Shown: positions 8,129 through 18,301 of the stretch, in pieces
Layout of the letters: the number at the start of each line of letters is the position of its first letter
How positions within the stretch are numbered: position 1 is the first letter of the stretch
Origin: a virus
IMG/VR virus record: IMGVR_UViG_3300020182_000008
Coordinates: 104,628 to 166,268 of that record
Direction: 5' to 3' (one strand)
Length of the DNA: 61,641 nt
Position numbers and translations under genes: made by a program
Notes under the pieces: generated by a model
Told to the model about the DNA's origin: nothing
Database searches by the model: none
The model's input: only the letters and a program-made list of their open reading frames with translations

Positions 8129-9712
8129 ATGGCTGAAAATTTAAAAAGTATAATTAAAAGTGAATTTATAAAATGTGCCAAAGATCCGGTATATTTTATG
8201 AAAAAATATTATACGATTCAACACCCACAAAGAGGTAGAATTAAATTCAATCTATACCCTTTCCAAGAAAAAGTTCTTATGCACATGCATAATGAAGACT
8301 ATATTATTATTAATAAGTCTCGACAGTTAGGTATATCTACTTTATGTTCTGCATTTGCCTTATGGATGATGTTATTTCAAAAAGATAAAAACGTGCTGTG
8401 TATCGCTACAAAGCAAGAAACAGCCAAAAACATGGTAACAAAGGTACGCTTTGCCTACGATAATTTACCACAATGGTTGAGGATTAAAACAGTCGAACAC
8501 AACAAACTATCGCTACGCCTAGCAAATGGTTCACAAATTAAAGCAACATCCGCAAGTTCAGATGCTGGTCGATCAGAAGCAGTATCTTTGCTACTAATTG
8601 ATGAGGCCGCCTTTATTGATGGAATTGATGAAATATTTGCCTCAGCTCAACAAACACTAGCCACTGGGGGTGGGTGTATCGCATTATCTACCCCATATGG
8701 TACTGGAAACTGGTTCCATTCTACATGGGTTAAAGCAGAAGCAAGAGAAAACACATTCTTACCAATTAGGTTACCATGGACTGTACATCCAGAGCGTAGC
8801 CAACCTTGGAGAGACGAGCAAGACGTTATATTAGGGCCTAGAATGGCAGCACAAGAATGTGATTGCGATTTTAGTACCTCCGGGGATACAGTAGTAGAAC
8901 CAGATATATTAAATTTTTATGAGAAAACATATATTCAAGAACCTGTTGAACGCAGGGGAATGGATGGTAACTTTTGGGTGTGGCAAATAGCAGACTATTC
9001 AAGAGACTATATGGTAGTAGCTGACGTTGCCCGTGGAGATGGAAACGATTATTCAGCATTCCACGTATTTGATATAGAGGAAGCAACTCAAGTTGCCGAA
9101 TATAAGGCACAAGTACAAACTAAAGACTATGGTAATTTACTATATGCCGTAGCTACAGAATATAACGATGCTCTACTAGTAGTAGAAAACGCTAATATTG
9201 GGTGGGCTGTAATACAACAATTAATTGATAGAGGTTACAGAAACCTATATTATTCACCTAAAATGGATGTATCAATGACCAATGCTGATCAATATCTTTC
9301 AAGATATGAAAATGGTCAAGGTATGGTTCCTGGATTTACTACATCAATGAAGACAAGACCACTTGTTGTCTCCAAATTAGTTTCGTATCTTCATGAAAAA
9401 TCTGTAACAGTTCGTTCTAAACGATTGTTAGAGGAATTAAGAACATTTATTTGGAAACATGGTAAAGCACAAGCACTATCAGGATATAACGATGATTTAA
9501 CTATGGCCTTTGGTATATCAATGTTTTTAAGAGATACAGCACTACACTTTAGACAACAAGGTGTAGATATGGTTCGTGCAACATTAGGAGGAATACATTC
9601 TACTAATCACGAAGCTCCTAGAATTTATAGTGGAAACCCACAAATAAAAAATCCTTATGAAATGGAAAACCCACGTGGAGGTAAAGAGGACATCTCCTGG
9701 TTATTAGGGTAA
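8129..9712 (+). CDS. gp17: Terminase large subunit (T4 gp17-like)
   Basis: LYPFQ, KSRQLGIS, LLLIDEAAF Walker B, STPYG; nuclease DVARG...D, NDDL. Confidence 0.95.
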   Translation: MAENLKSIIKSEFIKCAKDPVYFMKKYYTIQHPQRGRIKFNLYPFQEKVLMHMHNEDYIIINKSRQLGISTLCSAFALWMMLFQKDKNVLCIATKQETAKNMVTKVRFAYDNLPQWLRIKTVEHNKLSLRLANGSQIKATSASSDAGRSEAVSLLLIDEAAFIDGIDEIFASAQQTLATGGGCIALSTPYGTGNWFHSTWVKAEARENTFLPIRLPWTVHPERSQPWRDEQDVILGPRMAAQECDCDFSTSGDTVVEPDILNFYEKTYIQEPVERRGMDGNFWVWQIADYSRDYMVVADVARGDGNDYSAFHVFDIEEATQVAEYKAQVQTKDYGNLLYAVATEYNDALLVVENANIGWAVIQQLIDRGYRNLYYSPKMDVSMTNADQYLSRYENGQGMVPGFTTSMKTRPLVVSKLVSYLHEKSVTVRSKRLLEELRTFIWKHGKAQALSGYNDDLTMAFGISMFLRDTALHFRQQGVDMVRATLGGIHSTNHEAPRIYSGNPQIKNPYEMENPRGGKEDISWLLG

Positions 9713-9740
9713 TTAATATTTATATACATATACAATAAAA

Positions 9741-11663
9741 ATGGCAGATACTTCATTATTTGGTAGATTAAGGAGATTATTCTCTACGGATGTAGTAATC
9801 CGAAATGTAGGAGGAAATCAACTTAAAGTAGTCGATTCTAACCAAATACAATCTCTCGGACAATTACAAACAAATTCACTATATGACCGATTTAACAAGT
9901 TATATAGTACAGTTGGTGGTCTAAACTTCACAAACCAACAACAAATTAATTTCCCATCTACCCGTATTCAGCTATATACTGATTATGAAGCGATGGATAC
10001 AGATTCAATTGTTGCTTCTGCCTTGGATATTGTTTCAGATGAATCATGCTTACGAAATGATATGGGCGAGGTATTACAGATTCGCTCTGCAGATGAAACT
10101 GTACAAAAAATATTATATAACCTATTTTACGATGTTTTAAATATCGAGTTTAACCTATGGTCTTGGACTCGTAACATGTTAAAATATGGTGATTTTTATC
10201 TTAAATTAGAAATATCTGAAAAATTTGGTGTATATAATGTTGTACCGTTTTCTTCTTATACTATTATTAGAGTAGAAGGTAGCGATCCTCAAAACCCATC
10301 AGATGTAAAATTCAAATATGATCCTAGCTATTCAGTATCTGAAAACCCACTAGGATTCCAACAAATATCACCTTCAATGGGTGTAAATACAGGCGAAGAA
10401 GTATTTTTCGATAATTACGAGATGGCTCACTTCCGCCTACTTTCAGACTTTAACTATCTACCTTACGGAAGATCATATCTTGAACCGGGTAGAAAAGTAT
10501 GGAAACAAATGACATTGATGGAAGATGCAATGTTAATCCACCGTATTGTAAGAGCGCCTGAAAAACGTACTTTCTTCGTGAATGTCGGTAATATCCCACC
10601 AAATGAGGTAGAGACCTACATGCAAAGAATGATCAACAAAATGAAGAAAACACCTTATGTTGATCCAAATACAGGTGATTACAATTTAAAATTCAATATG
10701 CAAAACATCTTAGAGGATTTCTATATTCCTGTTAGAGGTGGAGATGCAACTACAAGAATCGAGACCACAAAAGGTCTAGATTACGCTGCTATTGAAGACG
10801 TTACATATCTAAGAGACAAATTATTTTCAGCACTTAAAGTACCGAAAGCCTATTTAGGATATGAAGGTGATTTAGAGGGTAAAGCAACATTAGCTGCTGA
10901 AGATATTAGATTTGCTCGTACAGTAGAACGTATTCAAAAAATATTAATATCTGAATTAACTAAAATTGCTTTAGTACACTTATATGCTCAGGGGTATGAT
11001 GGAGCTTCACTTACAAACTTTGAATTATCATTAACTACTCCTTCTATCATTTATGACCAAGAAAGAATAGCATTATTGAAAGAAAAAGTTGATTTAGCTC
11101 AACAAATGACAGATAGTAAATTAGTTCCTTCTGATTGGATTTACGATAACATCTTCCACTTTAGTGAAGACCAATATCAAGAATATAGAGATCTAATTAT
11201 TGAAGATCAAAAACGTGCATTTAGAAGAAATCAAATTTCTGAAGAAGGAAACGATCCTGCAGAATCAGGTGAAGCATATGGAACACCACATGCACTAGCC
11301 TCATTATACGGAGCAGGTAGATACCCAGGCAGTAAAGGAGTGCCACAAGGATATGATGTAAACGATTCTGAATATCCAGATGATGCACTTGGTCGCCCCG
11401 GAGAAAATGCTTCAGACTACAATACCCAAGACAGTAATTTAGGTAGAGATACCTTAGGTAAAGACAGAATGAAAGGTAGAATGGGAGATGAAGAAAGACC
11501 TGGATTATCTAATACTGGTTTAACGATTGAGAATTTAAACACTAAAGCTGTATTCGCTAAAAACGAAAGAAGTCTAAAATCAATGTTTCCTAAACAAAAA
11601 GTATCACTTTTTGAAGGTGAAAATTTACTAGATGAGGACCAAATTCGTGAAGAAGTTGAATAG
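9741..11663 (+). CDS. gp20: Portal protein (gp20-like)
   Basis: LMEDAMLIHRIVRAPEKR, EDFYIPVR, KLFSALKVP, EDIRFAR. Confidence 0.95.
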   Translation: MADTSLFGRLRRLFSTDVVIRNVGGNQLKVVDSNQIQSLGQLQTNSLYDRFNKLYSTVGGLNFTNQQQINFPSTRIQLYTDYEAMDTDSIVASALDIVSDESCLRNDMGEVLQIRSADETVQKILYNLFYDVLNIEFNLWSWTRNMLKYGDFYLKLEISEKFGVYNVVPFSSYTIIRVEGSDPQNPSDVKFKYDPSYSVSENPLGFQQISPSMGVNTGEEVFFDNYEMAHFRLLSDFNYLPYGRSYLEPGRKVWKQMTLMEDAMLIHRIVRAPEKRTFFVNVGNIPPNEVETYMQRMINKMKKTPYVDPNTGDYNLKFNMQNILEDFYIPVRGGDATTRIETTKGLDYAAIEDVTYLRDKLFSALKVPKAYLGYEGDLEGKATLAAEDIRFARTVERIQKILISELTKIALVHLYAQGYDGASLTNFELSLTTPSIIYDQERIALLKEKVDLAQQMTDSKLVPSDWIYDNIFHFSEDQYQEYRDLIIEDQKRAFRRNQISEEGNDPAESGEAYGTPHALASLYGAGRYPGSKGVPQGYDVNDSEYPDDALGRPGENASDYNTQDSNLGRDTLGKDRMKGRMGDEERPGLSNTGLTIENLNTKAVFAKNERSLKSMFPKQKVSLFEGENLLDEDQIREEVE

Positions 11664-11695
11664 CTTTAATATTTATTGATAGTAGCGCACTACTT

Positions 11696-12544
11696 ATGAA
11701 AATAAAACATAACAAGTACAAGAATACTGGAATTCTGTTTGAACTGTTAGTAAGAAAAATTACTGCAGATACTCTATCAAGCGGTAATTCTAAAGCAGCC
11801 TCGCTAGTAAAAAAATATTTTACTAAAAGCGAGTTAGCTAATGAAAATAAACTTTATCAGACTATCAACAATTCAATCTCTTTATCGGAAGGTAAAGCAG
11901 AGACTGTATTATCTACAGTACTTGAACTATCTAAAAAATTAGATAGAGATAGATTAGCAAAAGAAAAATACAATTTAATTAAAGAAATTAAAGAAAATTT
12001 CGATTTAAATGACTTCTTTCAAGCTAAAATTAAAAATTATAAGCTACTAGCTTCTACTTATGTTCTGTTTGAATCATCAAACAATAAAGGCTTCGGAAAC
12101 CCCGAATCAATTATTACCTCAAAAATTACCATTTTAGAACACATCACATCTACCCCAGATTCTAAAATGTCTTTATCTCCATTAGTAGAAGAACTAATGG
12201 CCTTAGATAAAGGTACACGTGCGCTTACCTACAAAATAATGCTCGAAAAATACAACACAAAATTTGACGGGCTATCTAAAGAACAAAAAGAAGTATTAAA
12301 AGAATATATAAATAGTGCTACGGATGCTCCAAAGCTTAAAGAATTTTTGAATTCTAAGTTTAAAAGTATATCTACTACGCTGAAAGAAAACGTAGATAAA
12401 ATAGAGGAGCCGGCACTTAAAATAAAAATTCAAGAAGTTATAAATCTTATCGATCCTATCCTAGAGACTAGAAAGTTAAAAGACGATCATTTAGTTGCGC
12501 TACTACAATATCTCGATCTTTCTAATGAAATAGTGACAGTATGA
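11696..12544 (+). CDS. Head-region hypothetical protein
   Basis: 282 aa helical ORF between portal and protease; late motif upstream. Confidence 0.7.
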   Translation: MKIKHNKYKNTGILFELLVRKITADTLSSGNSKAASLVKKYFTKSELANENKLYQTINNSISLSEGKAETVLSTVLELSKKLDRDRLAKEKYNLIKEIKENFDLNDFFQAKIKNYKLLASTYVLFESSNNKGFGNPESIITSKITILEHITSTPDSKMSLSPLVEELMALDKGTRALTYKIMLEKYNTKFDGLSKEQKEVLKEYINSATDAPKLKEFLNSKFKSISTTLKENVDKIEEPALKIKIQEVINLIDPILETRKLKDDHLVALLQYLDLSNEIVTV

Positions 12545-13419
12545 AACTAAAAGTAACAGGTTTAAAGCAAGAGATGAGCACCACTGGAACTGGTGCTTCC
12601 TTTGCAGCTGGCTCCGGCGAGCAATATGCCTCACCTAAAGCGTTTAAAATACGCAAAGATGAAATAGGCGAACCTTTTACTGACCCCAATCCTTCTATTC
12701 CAAACCGACCTTCGAAATTCATTGACTACAAACAATTGTTTGAAAAAGCGATTGAAGAATTATATAGCCCTATTAAAGACATGACCAGTAGTCAATCAAA
12801 CATAGGCGATAATTCAGGATACGATATGGATACTCAAGACGCAGCATCTGTATTAGAATTATCTCAATTTTCAAAAGGAGAATATACTGTAGGAGATACT
12901 GAAACTGAAAAGGGTACAAAATATACTGTAACAGATATCGATCCTGAAACAGGAAGAATATCTTGGGATGTAGAATATGTTCCCGCATTCGATTCTGTCT
13001 ATAAAGAATTTGACGATTTACGTAAAGTAATTGCTAAACTCGATCAAAAAACAGACGACAAAGTGGTAGACGATATTGCTGCTAGAATCAAAACTGAATT
13101 CAACAGATATCGCACCCACATCAGAAAAAATTACCCTGAAGAATACAAAAAATTCACTATAAACGAAGCTCGTTATAGTCAATTCAAAAAGAAATCTCAA
13201 TTCCGTACACCTACACAACAATTACATTCAGCTGTACGTGAAATTAGACGTAAAATTGACGAAATGACCAAAGTAGTGGCGTTTACTGAAAGAATGCGCA
13301 CAGAATTAAAAGCAAGTAATGAAGGCATGTCATATCTAAATCGTACTCGTGAAGCCATTTCTAAAATAAACGAAAAATTACAAGAATTAAATAATAGAAT
13401 AAAAGGTTTAACTGAATAA
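12541..13419 (+). CDS. Hypothetical, probable prohead core/internal protein
   Basis: ATGA overlap with the upstream gene; C-terminal coiled coil. Confidence 0.65.
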   Translation: MKLKVTGLKQEMSTTGTGASFAAGSGEQYASPKAFKIRKDEIGEPFTDPNPSIPNRPSKFIDYKQLFEKAIEELYSPIKDMTSSQSNIGDNSGYDMDTQDAASVLELSQFSKGEYTVGDTETEKGTKYTVTDIDPETGRISWDVEYVPAFDSVYKEFDDLRKVIAKLDQKTDDKVVDDIAARIKTEFNRYRTHIRKNYPEEYKKFTINEARYSQFKKKSQFRTPTQQLHSAVREIRRKIDEMTKVVAFTERMRTELKASNEGMSYLNRTREAISKINEKLQELNNRIKGLTE

Positions 13420-13556
13420 TGGCAAAAGGTTTAACGCTTGGTAACTATTTATCCAAGCCAAAGAAAAAACGTCCAGGTGTACACGCTAAAAGCAAAACAT
13501 CAAAAATAAAAAATAGTAAAAATTACGTTAAGACCTACAGAGGTCAAGGTAAATAA
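13419..13556 (+). CDS. 45-aa highly basic protein ending YRGQGK
   Basis: Manual translation MAKGLTLGNYLSKPKKKRPGVHAKSKTSKIKNSKNYVKTYRGQGK; TAATG coupling; below the ORF-track cutoff. Confidence 0.7.
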   Translation: MAKGLTLGNYLSKPKKKRPGVHAKSKTSKIKNSKNYVKTYRGQGK

Positions 13557-13568
13557 ATATTTATATAC

Positions 13569-14375
13569 ATGACAACACAAGACTTATATACCAAACTGGT
13601 AACTGGTGAAATTACAGAACAAAAGTTCTTGTATGAAGTGCGTCGTGACGCTAGATTGCCCTGGATTACCTCATCTAATAATTTTACAGATACAGTAAAG
13701 ATCCTTAAAAATAAGGGTATGATATCTGAAAAACAAACAAAAGAATCTACAGGAAAGCAAGAAGTAGATATTATTGCTAAAACTATTGATATGGTTAACC
13801 CATATGAATACGCTAGAGGTATGGATATTGAACTAGGTCTTGAAAACGAAGCTGTTGGTAATGTAGATATTACAGAAGACGACGTTAAAAAAGCACAGAA
13901 AAAAGTACTTAAAAATCTTACTAAAGACCCTAACTATTACTCTAAAAAGAGAATAGCATCTATGGGTGATAGCGAATACGAAGTAGAAGTAAACGCAAAA
14001 TCTATTGCTGCTTTAGAAAAGCAAAAAGGCAAAATTATCCGTGAAGGAGATGATGATGGATTCGCATCAGAAGACGAAAGAGAAAACTATTACTTAGATT
14101 TAGACGATGTAAATGAACACGGAGAAGAATACGATAGAGTAGCTGATGTAAACGCTGATTCAACTCCACTAGAAGAAGAAAGTGTTGAAGAACTAGGTAG
14201 AACTAGAGATGCTATCTACGAAAAATACGCTAAAAAATATGGTGTTGATGTAGATGAACTTAAAGATAAAGTTGAAGCACTTAGATTAGAAGCAATCGAG
14301 GTAGACAATGAACAAGATGCAATTAATGTTCAAAAGAAAGCCCCCGATGCTGACGTTCGTATAGTAAAAAAGTAA
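13569..14375 (+). CDS. Hypothetical prohead core/internal protein
   Basis: GMDIE...VLKNLTKDPNYY motif; acidic C-terminal half. Confidence 0.65.
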   Translation: MTTQDLYTKLVTGEITEQKFLYEVRRDARLPWITSSNNFTDTVKILKNKGMISEKQTKESTGKQEVDIIAKTIDMVNPYEYARGMDIELGLENEAVGNVDITEDDVKKAQKKVLKNLTKDPNYYSKKRIASMGDSEYEVEVNAKSIAALEKQKGKIIREGDDDGFASEDERENYYLDLDDVNEHGEEYDRVADVNADSTPLEEESVEELGRTRDAIYEKYAKKYGVDVDELKDKVEALRLEAIEVDNEQDAINVQKKAPDADVRIVKK

Positions 14376-14376
14376 G

Positions 14377-14994
14377 ATGGCTCAAAAACTATTAATAGAA
14401 TATTCCGTATTTACACCTAAAAATACCCAAATTACAGAGGGTATTTCTGGTAATAAAAATATGATGGTTGAAGGTGTTGTTCAGCGTGCTGAAGAATTTA
14501 ACCATAACGGAAGACGCTATCCATTTGATATACTAAAAAGAGAAGTAGACAAATATATAGGTGGCCCTATCGCTGAAAATAGAGCACTAGGTGAATTAGA
14601 TCACCCAGAATCATCTGTCATTAATTTAAAAAATGCTTCTCACAATATTAAAGAGTTATATTGGGATGGAAACGATTTAATGGGTAAAATTGAAGTTTTA
14701 CCAACCCCATCAGGCAATATATTAAAAGAATTATTCAATAATAATATTACTGTTGGTATTTCATCTCGTGGTATGGGTTCTGTTAAACCTTTAGGTGAAG
14801 GTAGAGTAGAAGTAGACGATGATTTCGAACTATTATGTTGGGATTTTGTTTCTACCCCTTCTACACATGGTGCTTTTATGAAACCTACAGGATTAAACGA
14901 AAGTAGAAAATATACTACTAACAAATACACAAAACTACACGAGATAGTTTCAGATATTATCTGCACCCAGTCAGGTATTTGTTGCCTACGCTAA
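14377..14994 (+). CDS. gp21: Prohead protease (gp21-like)
   Basis: NHNGRRY, ALGELDHP, GISSRGMGS, WDFVSTPS. Confidence 0.95.
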   Translation: MAQKLLIEYSVFTPKNTQITEGISGNKNMMVEGVVQRAEEFNHNGRRYPFDILKREVDKYIGGPIAENRALGELDHPESSVINLKNASHNIKELYWDGNDLMGKIEVLPTPSGNILKELFNNNITVGISSRGMGSVKPLGEGRVEVDDDFELLCWDFVSTPSTHGAFMKPTGLNESRKYTTNKYTKLHEIVSDIICTQSGICCLR

Positions 14995-15126
14995 ATTTCC
15001 TTATTTTTTTATACTCCCTATATATTTATCTACAGATAAGATAGATATTCCCAATAATATCTCACTCAAGATATAAACTCTTATATTACTTCCCTTAATA
15101 AGTAATCCCGACAAAATTTTATTACA

Positions 15127-16290
15127 ATGTCAAACACAAAGTTTTTCAACGATGCTATCGCTGAAGCTAAAGCTATTCGTGAGACTGCTCTAGCCAATGC
15201 CAAACTCGCTCTTGAAGAGGCTTTTACTCCACAAATCCAATCTATGCTTGAAAAGAAGCTTTCAGAAGAAGCAGACGAGCTAGATGAGGAAAAAGATCTT
15301 GACGAATCTACTGTAGAAGAAACTACAAATGTAGATGAGAAAAAAGATATGGATGAAGCTAAAAAAGACGATATGGACGAGGCTAAGAAGGACGTTGACG
15401 AAGCCAAAAAAGATGACATGGATGAAGCAAAATCTGATGTAGATGAAGCTAAAGACATGGAAGAGGCTAAGAAAGACGTAGACGAAGCTAAAGCTGACGT
15501 AGATGAAGCAAAAGTTGACGAGAAAAAAGACATGGAAGAAGCTGCTGTAGAAGAAGCATCTGACATGGAAGAAGGTTCAATTGAAGAAATTGACCTAGAT
15601 GAATTATTAGCTGAACTTGAAGCTGCTGAAAGCCAAGTATCAGAAGAAACTGTAGAAGAAACAGCACCTGTTGCTGAAGAGCCTGTAGCTGAAGAAGAAG
15701 TTGCCCTTGGGGAAGCTGAAGCTGAAGACGAAGTAGGTGAAATTACAGTAGATGAGCTTAAAGACATTATCCGTGACGTCCTTGCTGATGTAATGGGTGG
15801 TGGTGCTGGTGAAGGCGAAGATATGGAAGTTGACGTAGATGGAGATGGTGACATGGATGTTGCTATTGACGGAGACGAAGACGGAGATATTGAAATTGAC
15901 GAAACAAAAGTTGAAGAGAAAAAAGAAGTTGAAGAAGTTAAAGCTGAATTAAACGAAGCTATTACTGTAATCAACACTTTGAAATCAGAACTTAACGAAG
16001 TTAACCTTCTAAACGCTAAGCTATTATACGTGAACAAATTGTTCCGTAGCAAAACCTTAACTGAATCACAGAAAGTAAAAGTAATCAATGCATTTGATAG
16101 AGCTGAATCTGTGAAAGAAGTTAAAAACATTTTTGAAACAATCAAGGATGCTGTAACAACAGAAGCTAAAAAGCCTGTAAACGAATCTCGTTCATTCGCT
16201 TCTAAAGCTGCTGGAGTTGCACCTAAGAAACCTATTGTTGAAAGTAACGATTTCGTAGCTAGAATGCAAAAACTAGCCGGAATTATTTAA
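15127..16290 (+). CDS. gp22: Prohead scaffold (gp22-like)
   Basis: Very acidic coiled-coil protein between protease and major capsid protein. Confidence 0.85.
   Translation: MSNTKFFNDAIAEAKAIRETALANAKLALEEAFTPQIQSMLEKKLSEEADELDEEKDLDESTVEETTNVDEKKDMDEAKKDDMDEAKKDVDEAKKDDMDEAKSDVDEAKDMEEAKKDVDEAKADVDEAKVDEKKDMEEAAVEEASDMEEGSIEEIDLDELLAELEAAESQVSEETVEETAPVAEEPVAEEEVALGEAEAEDEVGEITVDELKDIIRDVLADVMGGGAGEGEDMEVDVDGDGDMDVAIDGDEDGDIEIDETKVEEKKEVEEVKAELNEAITVINTLKSELNEVNLLNAKLLYVNKLFRSKTLTESQKVKVINAFDRAESVKEVKNIFETIKDAVTTEAKKPVNESRSFASKAAGVAPKKPIVESNDFVARMQKLAGII
15340..15540 (+). repeat. Tandem ~7-aa repeat (K)KD[M/V]DEA in the scaffold
   Basis: About nine degenerate copies visible in the translation. 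Confidence 0.85.
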
Positions 16291-16313
16291 TAACGACTTA
16301 AAATTTATTTAAA

Positions 16314-17948
16314 ATGTCAAACGTAGTAAACCAACTATTAGAGACCGCTAACCCATACAAGTCAGTACAAAAAGATGCTGCTAGACTTGCTGGAAAGTGG
16401 GACAAGTCAGGGTTACTAGAAGGAATTTCTGGTGACACTGATAAAGCTAACATGGCAATCATGTTAGAAAACCAAGCTAAACAACTTGTTGTTGAAGCAA
16501 ACCAAACTGGAACTGGCGCAAGCTTTACTCCCGGAACTGGTGAGCAGTATGCTGCAGTAGCTCTACCCCTAGTACGTAAAGTATTCGGACAAATCGCTGC
16601 TAAAGAATTTGTTTCTGTTCAACCAATGAGCCTTCCTGCTGGACTAGTATTTTATCTAGACTTCCAATACGGAACAACTCAAAAACCATTTACAGATGGT
16701 AATTCAATGTACGGTACTCCAACTGAGCACTTCGGTAACACAAACGAAGGTGGACTTTATGGAGCTGGAAGATTTGGATACTCTATCAATGAGCACACTG
16801 CTTCTGCTGCTGGTGTATTTGCTACAGCTTCTTGGGCTGACGCAAACTTTGATTCAAACTTCTCAGAATCTGTAGCTCAAGCTGCTGGATCTGATTATTT
16901 GAAAACTCTTACATTCACTACAGCTTCTATTTCTGCTGATATCGATACTGATGCAGTACGTTCATTCGTACCTTCTTCAGGATCTTGGCTAGAGGCTAAT
17001 ACTTTATCTCAATTTACTAAACTTAGTGGTGGTAACTTAGTATTTGTAGTATCTGGATCTGCTACTAACCTATTAGATGATACTATATCTGTATACTATT
17101 CTAAGAAAACTGCTGATAATGCACGTGGTGATTATGAAGATGGTTCAACACTAGCTACAACTGACCCAGCAAGAACTGAGATCTCTATCCCAGAAATTGA
17201 TGTACAGTTAAGAAGTGAAACTATTGCTGCTAAAACACGTAAGTTAAAAGCACAATGGACACCAGAATTTTCTCAAGACCTTAACGCTTTCCATTCACTA
17301 GATGCTGAAGCTGAATTGACTAATATCCTTTCAGAATACATCTCATTGGAAATCGATCTTGAAATTCTTGATATGTTAGTACAAAATGTACCTACTTCTC
17401 AAGTTGCTAACTGGTCTGCGAGAGTAGGCGAGGAAATCAACTCTGCAGGAACAGGATTCAATTCTAACACTAACGGTGTATATTATACTCAAATGAGCTG
17501 GTTCCAAACACTTGGAATTAAATTACAGAAAATCTCTAACTTGATTCACCAGAAAACTCTACGTGGTGGTGCTAACTTTATGGTAGTATCTCCAACTGTA
17601 GCAACTGTACTAGAATCAATTCCAGGATTTGCTGCTGATACTGATGGTGATGTAACTAAAGCTACTTATGCTTTCGGTGTACAGAAAATCGGTGCTTTAA
17701 ACAGCCGTTACAAAGTTTACAAGAACCCATACATGAACGAATCAACAATCTTGATGGGCTTCAGAGGAAATCAATTCCTAGAAAGTGGTGCAGTTTACGC
17801 TCCATATATTCCATTAATCATGACACCTCTAGTGTACGATCCAAATACCTTCACTCCAAGAAAAGGTATCATGACTCGTTATGCTAAGAAAATGGTACGT
17901 CCTGAATTCTATGGTAAAGTAAATGTATCTGGATTAAACGTAATCTAA
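16314..17948 (+). CDS. gp23: Major capsid protein (gp23-like)
   Basis: VSVQPMSLPAGLVFYL, AKTRKLKAQWTPE, QDLNAFH, YAPYIPL, FTPRKGIMTRY. Confidence 0.97.
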   Translation: MSNVVNQLLETANPYKSVQKDAARLAGKWDKSGLLEGISGDTDKANMAIMLENQAKQLVVEANQTGTGASFTPGTGEQYAAVALPLVRKVFGQIAAKEFVSVQPMSLPAGLVFYLDFQYGTTQKPFTDGNSMYGTPTEHFGNTNEGGLYGAGRFGYSINEHTASAAGVFATASWADANFDSNFSESVAQAAGSDYLKTLTFTTASISADIDTDAVRSFVPSSGSWLEANTLSQFTKLSGGNLVFVVSGSATNLLDDTISVYYSKKTADNARGDYEDGSTLATTDPARTEISIPEIDVQLRSETIAAKTRKLKAQWTPEFSQDLNAFHSLDAEAELTNILSEYISLEIDLEILDMLVQNVPTSQVANWSARVGEEINSAGTGFNSNTNGVYYTQMSWFQTLGIKLQKISNLIHQKTLRGGANFMVVSPTVATVLESIPGFAADTDGDVTKATYAFGVQKIGALNSRYKVYKNPYMNESTILMGFRGNQFLESGAVYAPYIPLIMTPLVYDPNTFTPRKGIMTRYAKKMVRPEFYGKVNVSGLNVI

Positions 17949-17973
17949 GACTAGATAATTTTACTTATTTAAA

Positions 17974-18002
17974 AGAACCCGCCCCGTAAGGCGGGTTTTT
18001 TT
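17974..18002 (+). terminator. Intrinsic terminator after major capsid gene
   Basis: AACCCGCC / GGCGGGTT stem followed by a T run. Confidence 0.9.
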
Positions 18003-18027
18003 ATTTTAAAATATATTTATAGTATAT

Positions 18028-18297
18028 ATGTTAATAGAAGAAGTACCATTTAAAGTCTTCCTTGAAAGGAACCCACATCTAAAGAATCGACCTATTAACG
18101 AGCAGTCGTTTCATTATCACGATTATATATCTAAATGTCAAATGCAACTAAGATATATGATAGAGTGTGGAGGTCAAGGAGCATCTTCTACTACAAGTGA
18201 GGGTGGAGGACCAGTAACTGATACTTATTTTATATTACAAGAAAACGCTGACTATGTGTTACAAGAAGATGGCGATAAACTAATTTGGACAATCTAA
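18028..18297 (+). CDS. Small virion-associated hypothetical
   Basis: C-terminal ILQEN..VLQEDG repeat; late motif upstream. Confidence 0.6.
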   Translation: MLIEEVPFKVFLERNPHLKNRPINEQSFHYHDYISKCQMQLRYMIECGGQGASSTTSEGGGPVTDTYFILQENADYVLQEDGDKLIWTI

Positions 18298-18301
18298 TAC
18301 C

